Source of the DNA: Elusimicrobiota bacterium | GTDB taxonomy: Bacteria; Elusimicrobiota; Endomicrobiia; CG1-02-37-114; JAHJSO01 | Assembly: GCA_043826435.1 (NCBI GenBank) | Contig: JBDRQF010000053.1 | Span: forward strand, 896-64,895 | Direction of reading: 5' to 3' | Length of the DNA: 64,000 nt | Shown: positions 8,731-16,575 of the stretch, one piece after another | Layout: each line of letters starts with the position of its first letter | Numbering within the stretch: the first letter of the stretch is position 1 | Program-made: the position numbers and the translations under genes | The notes under the pieces: generated by a model | What the model saw: only the letters and a program-made list of their open reading frames with translations | Told to the model about the DNA's origin: nothing | Database searches by the model: none

Positions 8731-10371
8731 ATGAGGTTTTTTATGAAAATGAAAACTGTTAGCTGCATTTTTTCGCTGGGATTGTTTCTGGTTTTATTAC
8801 GGCCGACGTTCTATGGGACGCAGTTGAGGGCGGACGTCCGAATTCACCCCGACGCCGGCAACACCTCCGCCGCCTTTCTGAAGTTGAGCATAGGGGCAAG
8901 GCCGATATCCATGGGTAATAGTTTTGTTGCCCTTGCCGACGACGTGAACGCCCTCTGGTGGAACCCCGCTGGACTTGTCTCTGCGACGGAAAAAACGGCT
9001 GGCATTACCCACAACGAACACTTCCAGGACATAAGGCATGAGTTTGCCGGGTTCGTTTGTCCCCTCGGGGATGCCGGGGAAAATGGGGATACCCGCCGTA
9101 ATACGGATGCCGGGTTGCAAAAACATGTTGAGCGCCGGGCGATTGGGTTCGCTTTGTTAGGCCTTTATACCAAAAAGGAACTGGAAGGCAGAAGAGGGCT
9201 GAATGAGTTGGATCCCTACGAGCCGCTTACTCCGGTTGAATATTATTTTATGGTGTATGATATAGCGGCGCAGGTTTCGTATGCAATGCGTCTGCACAGG
9301 AACCTTGATGCGGGTTGTTCAATAAAGGGCATCCAGCAGACCATTGACGACGTTTCTGCCTGGGGCGGTGCGGTTGATGCCGGCGTTTTATACAGGCATC
9401 CCGGTTTAAATAAATGGCAGTTTGGCGCCGTTGTCCAGAACGCCGGGCCTTCAATAAAATTCATTGAGAAGGGCTTCCCGCTCCCGCTTACCTTCAGGGC
9501 CGGAATGAATTACAGGCATTCGGACAAACTGACGATTGTTTCTGATTTTGTCCAGCCCATAGACAACTATCTCTTTGTGTCGGCCGGGGTAGAATATAAA
9601 CCGATAAAACTTTTATCGCTACGCGCCGGTTACAGGTACCGTTTATACGGGCTGGAATTGGGAGACCTTTCAGGGCTGTCCTGCGGGTTGGGGGTTGATT
9701 TTTCTGGCTTTAACCTGGACTACGCCTTTGTGCCGTTCGGCGCACTGGGGGTTTCTCACCGCCTGTCTCTTTCCATGAAGATAGGCACGGTGTTCGGCAA
9801 AAAGGCAGACGCACCTGCATCCGCAGAACCGGCCGAAATACGGCAAAAGCCCCCGGCTCCGCTCCCGATTTTGACCGCTGAAAAAACAAAAGTTGATTTG
9901 TCAAAAATCCCGTTCGTTTACAGGCCATTCACGGCGAAAACCAATCTGCGGGACATAAACCCGTCGGGGATCGCGGTGTTCAGGTTTGAGATTGAAGACA
10001 GCACGGGCGGGATTTCCGTAATACATGGGACGGTGAGATCGCGTTCCTTTATGGCCAGGGTTGATTTTGAGATAGGAGAATGGACGCCCCTACCCGGCTC
10101 GCATGTCTCCGGTATGGAAGTGGTCAGATACTTTAACGTCAAAAAGAATTTTGCCGAAGAGGTCATCGGGGCGGAGATTACCCTGCGTCTCCCGAAGGCG
10201 GATATCGTCCGGGGACAGGGGAAAATTTACGTCCAACTGCTGGACGGCAGCGGTACGATTATTGAGCCGGAAATTTCCGAGGAGGGGGAATATTTGTATT
10301 ACCGTTTCCGTCTTGATAAACTCTCGCCATTTGCGGTGGTGAAACAGGGGAGAAATCCAATCAAAAATTAA
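8731..10371 (+). CDS. PorV/PorQ-family-like (FadL-type) outer-membrane beta-barrel protein with an extra C-terminal domain of about 190 aa
   Basis: The N-terminus is a signal peptide followed by 'FLKLSIGARPISMGNSFVALADDVNALWWNPAGL', which is shared with the two 323-aa paralogs downstream of the other cargo genes. Alternating beta-strand patterning continues to 'FVPFGALGVSHRLSLSM'. After a Pro/Ala linker comes a further domain (aa ~350-546). Confidence 0.55.
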   Translation: MRFFMKMKTVSCIFSLGLFLVLLRPTFYGTQLRADVRIHPDAGNTSAAFLKLSIGARPISMGNSFVALADDVNALWWNPAGLVSATEKTAGITHNEHFQDIRHEFAGFVCPLGDAGENGDTRRNTDAGLQKHVERRAIGFALLGLYTKKELEGRRGLNELDPYEPLTPVEYYFMVYDIAAQVSYAMRLHRNLDAGCSIKGIQQTIDDVSAWGGAVDAGVLYRHPGLNKWQFGAVVQNAGPSIKFIEKGFPLPLTFRAGMNYRHSDKLTIVSDFVQPIDNYLFVSAGVEYKPIKLLSLRAGYRYRLYGLELGDLSGLSCGLGVDFSGFNLDYAFVPFGALGVSHRLSLSMKIGTVFGKKADAPASAEPAEIRQKPPAPLPILTAEKTKVDLSKIPFVYRPFTAKTNLRDINPSGIAVFRFEIEDSTGGISVIHGTVRSRSFMARVDFEIGEWTPLPGSHVSGMEVVRYFNVKKNFAEEVIGAEITLRLPKADIVRGQGKIYVQLLDGSGTIIEPEISEEGEYLYYRFRLDKLSPFAVVKQGRNPIKN

Positions 10372-10397
10372 AAAAGATATTCAGCCAGATAAAATTT
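10366..10397. repeat. Left copy of a 32-bp perfect direct repeat (AATTAAAAAAGATATTCAGCCAGATAAAATTT) flanking the AlbA_2 regulator cassette
   Basis: Identical 32-mer at 11662-11693. Confidence 0.9.
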
Positions 10398-10413
10398 GAT
10401 AGGGAATAATTAA

Positions 10414-11593
10414 ATGAATAAACTAAAACTTGGAAAATTTGAAACAAAAAATATTGAATACAAAGAGGCAAAAAGTCGGTTGCCTGAAAACACTTATAAG
10501 ACGATTTCATCTTTTGCAAACACAAAAGGTGGAGTAATCTATTTGGGTATAAAACAGGATGGAGATAGGATAATCAGGCAGGGAGTGGAAAATCCGCAAA
10601 AGATTGTTGATGATTTGGTTTCAACGGTCAGTCAGAAGTATAATTTTTGTCCAGTCATTAAACCCGTCATAGAAAAGACAGGGATATTCAGAGGTTTTAT
10701 CAGGAGCGAGAAGGTTCACTTGATGCGCATACATTACCATGGCAGGACTGCTTCTTTTTGGTAAAACTACGGAAATTAAAAGGCATGTCCCTCATTTCAG
10801 GATTGATGTAATCAGGATAAGGGGAATAGAATGGGGCAAGGATAAAGACCCTTTCTTGTCTGCCGACTTATTCGGCAATCTTTTAAATATCAGGATACAG
10901 GTCATTGATATATTTGAGAGATTTTTCCTGACGCCGTTTAAGCTCGGTAAAGACCTGACCCGTATAGACGATGACCCGTTCAAGAATGCGTTGAGAGAAG
11001 CTCTGAGCAATCTCCTGATGCACCAGAACTATTTTCATTATTCTCCTTCACAAATCAGGATTTATAATGACAGAATTGAATTTTATAATCCCGGGTATTC
11101 ACTTAAAGACCCTGATAATTTTGCAACTCCCGGCTCTGAATTGCGTAATAGCCTGATTACTCCTGTGTTTTACGATATGGGTTGGGCTGAATCAAAAGGT
11201 ACAGGTTTTCGGACGCAGATTTTAGAATTGAAAAAATACGGATTACCGGAAGCCAAATGGGAAAGTGATGAGAAAAATGATAAGTTTACAATAGTATTTC
11301 CTTACCCCGAGGAACAGGTTGGTCAACGAGTCGCCCCACAAGTCACTGACCAAGTCACCGCACAAGTTACCGCACAAGTGGAAAAGAGAGACAGGATAGC
11401 TAAAATATTAAAATTTTGCGAGCAGCCGCAAACATTAAAAGAAATGATGCAATTCATAAATCTGAAACACAGGGTATACTTTTTAAAAGAAATATTAACA
11501 CCTTTATTAGAGAAAAAATATTTAAAGCGGACAATACCCGATAAACCAAAAAGCAGGTTTCAGAAATACATAACGAGTAAAAGGATTAAATGA
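10414..11593 (+). pseudogene. AlbA_2 (Schlafen-like) + HATPase_c_4 + wHTH putative transcriptional regulator ('RecG-C-terminal-like/Fic-associated' family), split by a frameshift near 10740-10765
   Basis: ORF 10414-10764 carries the AlbA_2 motif 'ISSFANTKGGVIYLGI'. It overlaps ORF 10739-11593 in another frame, which begins with the family-typical 'AGLLLFGK', carries an HATPase_c_4-like core, and has '[14 protein letters not shown]' linker repeats plus a wHTH tail. Confidence 0.65.
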
Positions 11594-11661
11594 AAGACCA
11601 CTCCCGGAAATTCTTGAAGATATCAAAACGCTTGATGAAAAATCAAAAGAACTGGATAAAG

Positions 11662-11693
11662 AATTAAAAAAGATATTCAGCCAGATAAAATTT
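11662..11693. repeat. Right copy of the 32-bp direct repeat
   Basis: Identical to 10366-10397. Confidence 0.9.
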
Positions 11694-11757
11694 TAATGTG
11701 TTTTGTAGGGCAGAGATTTAGCCCTGCTAAGACAGATGTTAAAAACAGGAGAAAAAT

Positions 11758-12576
11758 GTGACAACAAAAATAGCGGTTTTCAAAGGTAAAGGTATCAGAA
11801 AAACAATTCATAAGAATGAATGGTGGTTTGTTATTGTGGATGTGATATCGGCATTAACGGATTCTACAGATCCAAGTGGCTATTTAAAAGATATGCGTAG
11901 AAGAGATGAGCAATTACATAAAGGGTGGGGGCAAATTGCCACCCCCCTTCCCGTTAAGACAGAGGGTGGCATACAAAAACTGAATTGTGCTAATACAGAA
12001 GGTATATTTCGTATTATTCAGACAATCCCTTCGCCAAAGGCGGAGCCGTTTAAGAGGTGGCTGGCAAAAGTCGGATATGAGCGTATACAGGAAATAGAAA
12101 ACCCCGAGATTGCAACCAAAAGGACAAGAGCATTATATAAGGCAAAAGGATATTCTGATGCATGGATAGAAAAAAGAGTGCGTGGAATTGCCATAAGAGA
12201 AGACCTGACAGATGAGTGGGATAAAAGAGGAGTAAAAGAAGATAGGGAGTATTCAATATTAACAGCAGAAATCTCAAAAGCAACCTTTGGGATGACACCA
12301 TCAGAATATATGAAATATAAAGGGCTGGATAGAGAAAACCTAAGAGACCATATGACTGACCTTGAACTGATTTTCTCAATGTTAGGTGAAGCTTCCACTA
12401 CAGAAATAACCAAGAAGAGAGATGCTCAGGGTTTTATAGAAAATAAGCAGGCAGCAAAAGAAGGCGGAAAAATTGCAGGAAATGCCAGGAAGGAACTTGA
12501 AAGAAAAGCAAAGAGTAAAGTGGTTTCCAAAGAGAATTACTTAGATAAACCACAGGATAAGAAACTATTAAAATGA
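11758..12576 (+). CDS. dinD: DNA-damage-inducible protein D (DinD)-like protein with an N-terminal Bro-N/KilA-N-type domain
   Basis: GTG start 8 nt after an AGGAG. The N-terminal 'EGGIQKLNCANTEGIFRIIQTIPSPKAEPFKRWLAKV' is Bro-N-like. The overall length (272 aa) and the C-terminal region resemble E. coli DinD. Confidence 0.55.
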   Translation: MTTKIAVFKGKGIRKTIHKNEWWFVIVDVISALTDSTDPSGYLKDMRRRDEQLHKGWGQIATPLPVKTEGGIQKLNCANTEGIFRIIQTIPSPKAEPFKRWLAKVGYERIQEIENPEIATKRTRALYKAKGYSDAWIEKRVRGIAIREDLTDEWDKRGVKEDREYSILTAEISKATFGMTPSEYMKYKGLDRENLRDHMTDLELIFSMLGEASTTEITKKRDAQGFIENKQAAKEGGKIAGNARKELERKAKSKVVSKENYLDKPQDKKLLK

Positions 12577-12624
12577 GTAATTTGCGATACAGTGTTGCGT
12601 AATTCTGAAAATCGCAGACGGAAA

Positions 12625-12660
12625 AGATGTCATTGCGAGGAATGTAATGACGAAGCAGTC
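12625..12660. repeat. Degenerate partial copy of the GTCATTGCGAGG repeat unit
   Basis: 'GTCATTGCGAGGAATGTAATGACGAAGCA' is seen directly in the sequence. Confidence 0.5.
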
Positions 12661-12848
12661 ACGATGCAACATCTCTTTACGCATGGAACTCGCGGGGAAA
12701 AAACAAAACAAACAGAAATCTGTGGTGAGCAGGGTCGAACCATCGGCGAAATCCCTGAAAGATGGGAAGTGGTTGAATTAAGCAGCATTTGTGATTACGC
12801 AACTAGAAAATTGACATGGCCGGTGTATATCTCCGGTAGCCAAAGTTA

Positions 12849-13664
12849 ATGAATAATCATACTATAGCAAAAAACATCCTAATTCACAAACAGATAGGTG
12901 AGGTTGTTTCTGAATTTAACAGGGAGAATATTGACTTTATACTCCTGAAGGGGGCGGCACTCATAGAGATATTTCCCGACTATGCCTTTTCCCGCGATAT
13001 GGAAGATATAGACATCCTGGTAAAAAAAAGGTCTTTTTTGATGGCGAAACACATCCTGATAAACATTGGATATTCCTGTGCAATAGAGGACCCTGGTGCA
13101 TTTTTTAAGCAGGGGTTTCCCGCCCGTATTGACCTGTGTGATGGGTTGTGGTATCTGGACAGATCCGAGAACATCCTGTTGTTTAAAGAAGCAAAAATTT
13201 TTTTTGATATATCCGTTCTTTCCCCGGAGGATTTTTACATCCATGTTTTTGCGCACGCCTTTTTACATCACGCCAGAAGAGAGAGGGCGTGGTTGGATGA
13301 CTTGGCATTGCTTTCCGAGAGGTGGGCAGAGACAATAGATAAAAAGACATTAAGTTTAAAAATAAAAAAATACGGGTTTGACAGGGTGAGTAGCAACCCT
13401 TTTTATAACTGGTTTCTTGACAAGGAAATACCGCTTAAAGGACACATATTCAGATTTTTTTTCCTCCCGGTGAGAAAAAAGTTTTTATACATCAACGACC
13501 TTTTATTCCCGTCAGTTGATTTTCTTACGGGGAGGTATTCATTGAGAGGGTTCGGGCAGGTAGTTTGTTTTAGAATCATAAGACCCGCAATGTTGTTGTT
13601 TCAGTTTTTGAGATTTCTAACAGGGGTTGTTGGTTCCCTGTTTTTGCGCACCCAAAGTACTTAA
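12849..13664 (+). CDS. NTP_transf_5-type (PF14907-like) nucleotidyltransferase of unknown function
   Basis: 'QIGEVVSEFNRENIDFILLKGAAL...DMEDIDILVKK...GY' matches the family's N-terminal signature. Confidence 0.5.
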   Translation: MNNHTIAKNILIHKQIGEVVSEFNRENIDFILLKGAALIEIFPDYAFSRDMEDIDILVKKRSFLMAKHILINIGYSCAIEDPGAFFKQGFPARIDLCDGLWYLDRSENILLFKEAKIFFDISVLSPEDFYIHVFAHAFLHHARRERAWLDDLALLSERWAETIDKKTLSLKIKKYGFDRVSSNPFYNWFLDKEIPLKGHIFRFFFLPVRKKFLYINDLLFPSVDFLTGRYSLRGFGQVVCFRIIRPAMLLFQFLRFLTGVVGSLFLRTQST

Positions 13665-13680
13665 CATTCCGAACAATGTG

Positions 13681-13712
13681 GGAACTCAATGAAGCATCAG
13701 AGTTCCTTTCCT
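13681..13712 (+). terminator. Putative rho-independent terminator after the NTP_transf_5 gene
   Basis: Hairpin GGAACTC-(12 nt)-GAGTTCC followed by TTTCC. Confidence 0.35.
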
Positions 13713-13740
13713 GCGGCAGTAATCAATTGAATAATTAAAA

Positions 13741-13920
13741 AAATGCCAGCCCGCCAATCCTTGCAGTTCCATCGGTTGGTATAATTATGGTGGAAAGAAT
13801 TTTCAAAAGGGTGGTTTTACCAGCACCGTTTGGCCCGATGACAGCAGTTATTGAAGAAGGGGGAGATTCAAAAGATAACCCTGAGAGGGCAATAATTATA
13901 CTGTCCCCCATTAGTAGGGC
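13741..13920 (-). pseudogene. Truncated remnant of an ABC-transporter ATP-binding protein (N-terminal ~60 aa with Walker A)
   Basis: The minus-strand translation is 'LSGLSFESPPSSITAVIGPNGAGKTTLLKILSTIIIPTDGTARIGGLAFF*'. It stops right after the Walker A region and lies between the NTase gene and the IS remnant. Confidence 0.6.
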
Positions 13921-14000
13921 AGGCGAGTTAAGTTAGAGAAGGGCCTCTTGAAAAGACCTTACAAAAGAAGTAAAATAGGGGTCAAAAAGGAGGCACGGAG

Positions 14001-15064
14001 ATGGAGCGAAGGAAATGGGACAGTGCAAAGAAGTTTGAGGTGGTAGTGGAAGGGCTAAAGAGCGGGGTGTCAATCAGTGAGATGTGCAATCGGCACCAGA
14101 TATCGCAGGCGCAGTATTACAAATGGCGAGACCAGTTCATCAACAACGGCAGAAAAGTGTTTGAGATGCCTGCTAAGAACAAGGGGAGGAGCGGTTGAAG
14201 CAGGAGATAAGGAAGTTAAAGACAATCATTGGAGATTTGACGACGGAGTTAAAAAAAAACGACTACGAGTGAAACGGGCAAAATCACAAAAAGTTATGAA
14301 AAGGAATGCGGGGATAGTATCACAGATAAAAGAGATAAAAAGCGAGCATCCTTTGTGGGGATTTCGCCGGGTGTGGGCGTATATAAGATTTTAGAGGGGG
14401 ATTTTGGTAAATCGGAAACGGATATATCGTTTGATGAAAGAAAACGATTTGCTGGTTAGTCAGATAAAAAAGTTAAAAGCGGCCAAGAAAAATTAGAGCG
14501 ACAAAACCCGGCGAGGTTTGGGGCATAGATATGACGAAGGTTCTCACAAAAACTGGTTGGATAAATTTGGTCATAGTGCTTGACTGGTACACAAAGAAAA
14601 TAGTTGGTTTTAATGCAGAAGTTTACTCACGAGCCGATGAGTGGCTTAAGGCGTTGAACTTTGTGGTATTGGAACAGTTTCCCAACGGCATAAAGGAACA
14701 CGGGCCTCTATCACTGGTAAGCGACAACGGGAGTCAGCCGACGAGCGTTAAATTTATGAAGGAAACGTCGCTGCTCGGCATAAAACAGATATTCGCCAGT
14801 TACGACAATCCGAAAGGCAACGCCGACACTGAGCGAGTAATAAGGAAGCTAAAAGAGGATTTGGTCTGGCCGAGAGAGTTTGAAAATATTTATGAGTTCA
14901 AAGATGCGCTGTGTAAATTGGTGAACGATTACAACACGGACTTTCCGCATTCGTCGTTGAATTATCTGACGCCGGTAAAGTTTGAAGAAATATACCTGGC
15001 TGACCTGGCGCAGCAAAATATATTAAACCAGGGGGCCTTAAACTCTAACTTATTTTTCGCTTGA
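14001..15064 (+). mobile_element. Decayed IS3-family insertion sequence: an OrfA HTH fragment, then an OrfB (DDE/rve integrase) broken by frameshifts and stops
   Basis: OrfA-like 'SISEMCNRHQISQAQYYKWRDQF'. OrfB N-terminal 'IKEIKSEHPLWGFRRVWAYIRF'. An in-frame stop precedes 'ATKPGEVWGIDMTKV...GWINLVIVLDWYTKKIVG', then comes the rve core ending '...LNYLTPVKFEE'. Inverted terminal repeats were not identified. Confidence 0.7.
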
Positions 15065-15265
15065 CAAACGGGGGACAGTACATAATCTGTTTACCTCTGA
15101 CACGGAATACCTTTTTTAATCTCTCCGCATTTATGCTTATCATAATACCCGTTGCCTCAGGCCATCTGTTCCTCTGGCCACCTATTTCCCTTGCCGCTTA
15201 ACTTATGATATTCTGCCTCTTACTTCTTGCCCCCCGCCCTGTAGTCCACATTTTACCATTTTGTA

Positions 15266-15294
15266 TTGACAAATTCAAATATTTATAGTATAAT
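15266..15294 (+). promoter_or_regulatory. Perfect sigma70 consensus promoter, TTGACA-17 nt-TATAAT
   Basis: TTGACA at 15266-15271, a 17-nt spacer, TATAAT at 15289-15294. A 12-codon hydrophobic mini-ORF (MRVLKNLFLISF, 15304-15342) starts almost at the predicted transcription start. The HEPN gene lies about 230 nt downstream. Confidence 0.5.
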
Positions 15295-15527
15295 TCTAAC
15301 ATAATGAGAGTGTTGAAAAACCTCTTTTTGATTTCATTCTGAGTGAAACGAATAATCTCAATCAGTCGGAGTCGGGAATGACTATAGGTCTTTCCAATCT
15401 ATCGGGAAAAGGTTGATTTGATAACTGCAGGTTTGAAAAATAATTGAGTATTGAAAAAAAGTTGTTGATTTGCTACCATATTTGACAAGAGAGAAGGTCT
15501 CATAATTTCTATTAGAGTTTCACCAAT

Positions 15528-15914
15528 ATGAAAAACATTACAAAAAAATGGCTCGAGTTTGCTGAAAAAGATTTGAAAGTTGCTAATGATTTGTTAGAAA
15601 AGAAACACTGGCAGTATTGTGCTCTTTTCTGCCATCAAGCAATAGAAAAAATATTGAAAGCATACATTATTGAAAAAGGCAAGACTCCAAGAAAAATTCA
15701 TGATTTAACCAGTCTTTTGGTAGATGCGGGAATTAAGGTTTCCGAGCGTATTATTTCAATTGTTGAGACCTTAAATCCTCATTATATGCCACCACGATAT
15801 CCTGATATAGCTTACAAAATAAAACTCATTTATACCGAAGAAATTGCTTGGAATTTACTAAAATCTACACAGGAGATATTCAAATGGCTAAAAGACAAGT
15901 TGCACGAGAAATAG
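15528..15914 (+). CDS. HEPN-domain protein, the toxin partner of a HEPN/MNT pair
   Basis: 'CFCHQAIEKILKAYI...HDLTSL' is the HEPN signature. It overlaps the downstream MNT gene. Confidence 0.7.
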   Translation: MKNITKKWLEFAEKDLKVANDLLEKKHWQYCALFCHQAIEKILKAYIIEKGKTPRKIHDLTSLLVDAGIKVSERIISIVETLNPHYMPPRYPDIAYKIKLIYTEEIAWNLLKSTQEIFKWLKDKLHEK

Positions 15915-16219
15915 TTTATCAGTATATTCAACTTTTAGAAAATAAGATACGAATAGATAAAGTTATTCTCTTTGGTTCAAGTGCGAATGGAAAAATTGGA
16001 AGAAATAGTGACCTTGATATCATTATACTCTCGGATGACTTTAAGAAAATGAACTTCTTGAAAAGATTGGAACTTTTATCACGTGCGCGAGGCAGGGAAT
16101 GTATCTCGGTGCCAATGGATATTATTGGATATACTACAAAAGAGTTTTCCCGATCAAGTAAAGAATCATTAATTCTCGGGGAAGCCAAAAAGAACGGACA
16201 AGTAATTTGGTCAAGATAA
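15884..16219 (+). CDS. Minimal nucleotidyltransferase (MNT, Pol-beta superfamily), antitoxin partner of the HEPN protein
   Basis: 'ILFGSSANGKIGRNSDLDIIIL' matches the GS-x9-DxD NTase motif. The probable ATG at 15884 overlaps the HEPN 3' end. Confidence 0.7.
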   Translation: MAKRQVAREIVYQYIQLLENKIRIDKVILFGSSANGKIGRNSDLDIIILSDDFKKMNFLKRLELLSRARGRECISVPMDIIGYTTKEFSRSSKESLILGEAKKNGQVIWSR

Positions 16220-16237
16220 ATTATAGGGTTAGTTTGA

Positions 16238-16564
16238 TTGCTAAAAAATTTTTCTAAGAAAGAAATGATAGAAGTATATTCGTGGTTATTTGTATACAAG
16301 GAGTGGAGTAAACAGGAGAGAAAACCATTACAAGATAAGGGTTTTGAAGAAAGTTTCCGAGACTATCTTTGTAGGCATCAAATGAATTTTGATAGAGTGT
16401 CCAATGTTAGAGATATGGGATTTGGATTGTCTTACCAAACATTATCAGATATCCCTCATGAGTTAGATGTGATTTGTGTAAGAGGTAGTGAAATACATTC
16501 ACCTGGAGACGATGGAAACGATAGGAGTTTTGTTGTGAGGTCGTTTTATATAATTACAAGATAG
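16238..16564 (+). CDS. Hypothetical protein (108 aa) with no recognisable domain
   Basis: ORF with a TTG start (or the ATG at 16265). No signature recognised. Confidence 0.3.
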   Translation: MLKNFSKKEMIEVYSWLFVYKEWSKQERKPLQDKGFEESFRDYLCRHQMNFDRVSNVRDMGFGLSYQTLSDIPHELDVICVRGSEIHSPGDDGNDRSFVVRSFYIITR

Positions 16565-16575
16565 AGAAGTAAAAA

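Noticed and set aside
12592-12849. 85-aa ORF 'MLRNSENRRRKRCHCEECNDEA...'
   Set aside because: It spans a degenerate repeat copy and has no domain signal. It is probably intergenic.
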